Below, one piece after another: positions 63,789 to 64,000 of a stretch of 64,000 bases of DNA (position 1 is its first letter; each line of letters opens with the position of its first letter). Location of the stretch: positions 124,001 through 188,000 of the IMG/VR virus record IMGVR_UViG_3300041411_000129; one strand, written 5' to 3'. Both the position numbers and the translations under genes were made by a program. The notes below the pieces were generated by a model. That model was not told where the DNA came from and did no database searches. It saw only the letters and a program-made list of their open reading frames with translations.

Positions 63789-64000
63789 CCTAGCGATCTA
63801 TGACGGCAACGATCTGGAACAAGCCTGTATCATCAACTTCACGAACGATGGTTTCCAGGAATTAGTTACTCTCGGTCTTGGGCAGGTTCCTCACTGTACC
63901 GCTAATGATGGCAACCGCGTCATCGACCTCCAGATCTTCCGCCCTAAGGTCGTGAGTATTCTGGAGCAACGTAAGATCCCGAACAATCAAACCCGTGAAA
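63778..64000 (+). CDS. Hypothetical protein, truncated by the window edge
   Basis: GGAG RBS; MSLDLAIYDGNDLEQACIINF... stays open to the end. Confidence 0.6.
   Translation, partial: MSLDLAIYDGNDLEQACIINFTNDGFQELVTLGLGQVPHCTANDGNRVIDLQIFRPKVVSILEQRKIPNNQTRE

Noticed and set aside
1-64000. tRNA, rRNA, CRISPR arrays, integrase or transposase
   Set aside because: None recognised by eye; intergenic spaces are short and explained by terminators and promoters. A tRNAscan-SE/Infernal run would be needed to exclude small RNAs.

Overview
This window is a 64-kb segment of a nucleus-forming jumbo phage genome (phiKZ-like, Chimalliviridae), most likely a Pseudomonas phage because it carries a near-host copy of the Pseudomonas regulator AmrZ. 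Bases 1-19.4 kb are the conserved nucleus/replication block: the chimallin C-terminus, non-virion RNAP subunits (beta'-N, sigma-like, beta-C, beta'-C), SbcD, a ChmC-like protein, a PicA-like import protein and an SF2 helicase. Bases 20-53.9 kb are mostly virion genes: a virion RNAP beta' middle subunit, the exonuclease half of the split family-B DNA polymerase, baseplate/tail proteins and at least seven paralogous internal head proteins. Bases 53.9-64 kb are an accessory region: a standalone LigA OB/Zn-finger fragment, a DarG-like macrodomain, membrane microproteins, an AmrZ chimera, a thymidylate synthase with large inserts and a 2OG-Fe(II) oxygenase-like protein. Non-coding signals are a six-copy ACATTAC promoter-like motif and about 23 GC hairpins, many flanked by CATA...TATG. 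The best leads are the AmrZ-domain chimera behind an early-type promoter, an apparent programmed -1 frameshift at 26475-26483, the LigA-fragment/macrodomain pair and the SSB-mimic tail on the ChmC-like protein. All homology calls come from motif recognition and synteny recalled from memory; no database search was run. I saw no tRNA, rRNA or CRISPR array.
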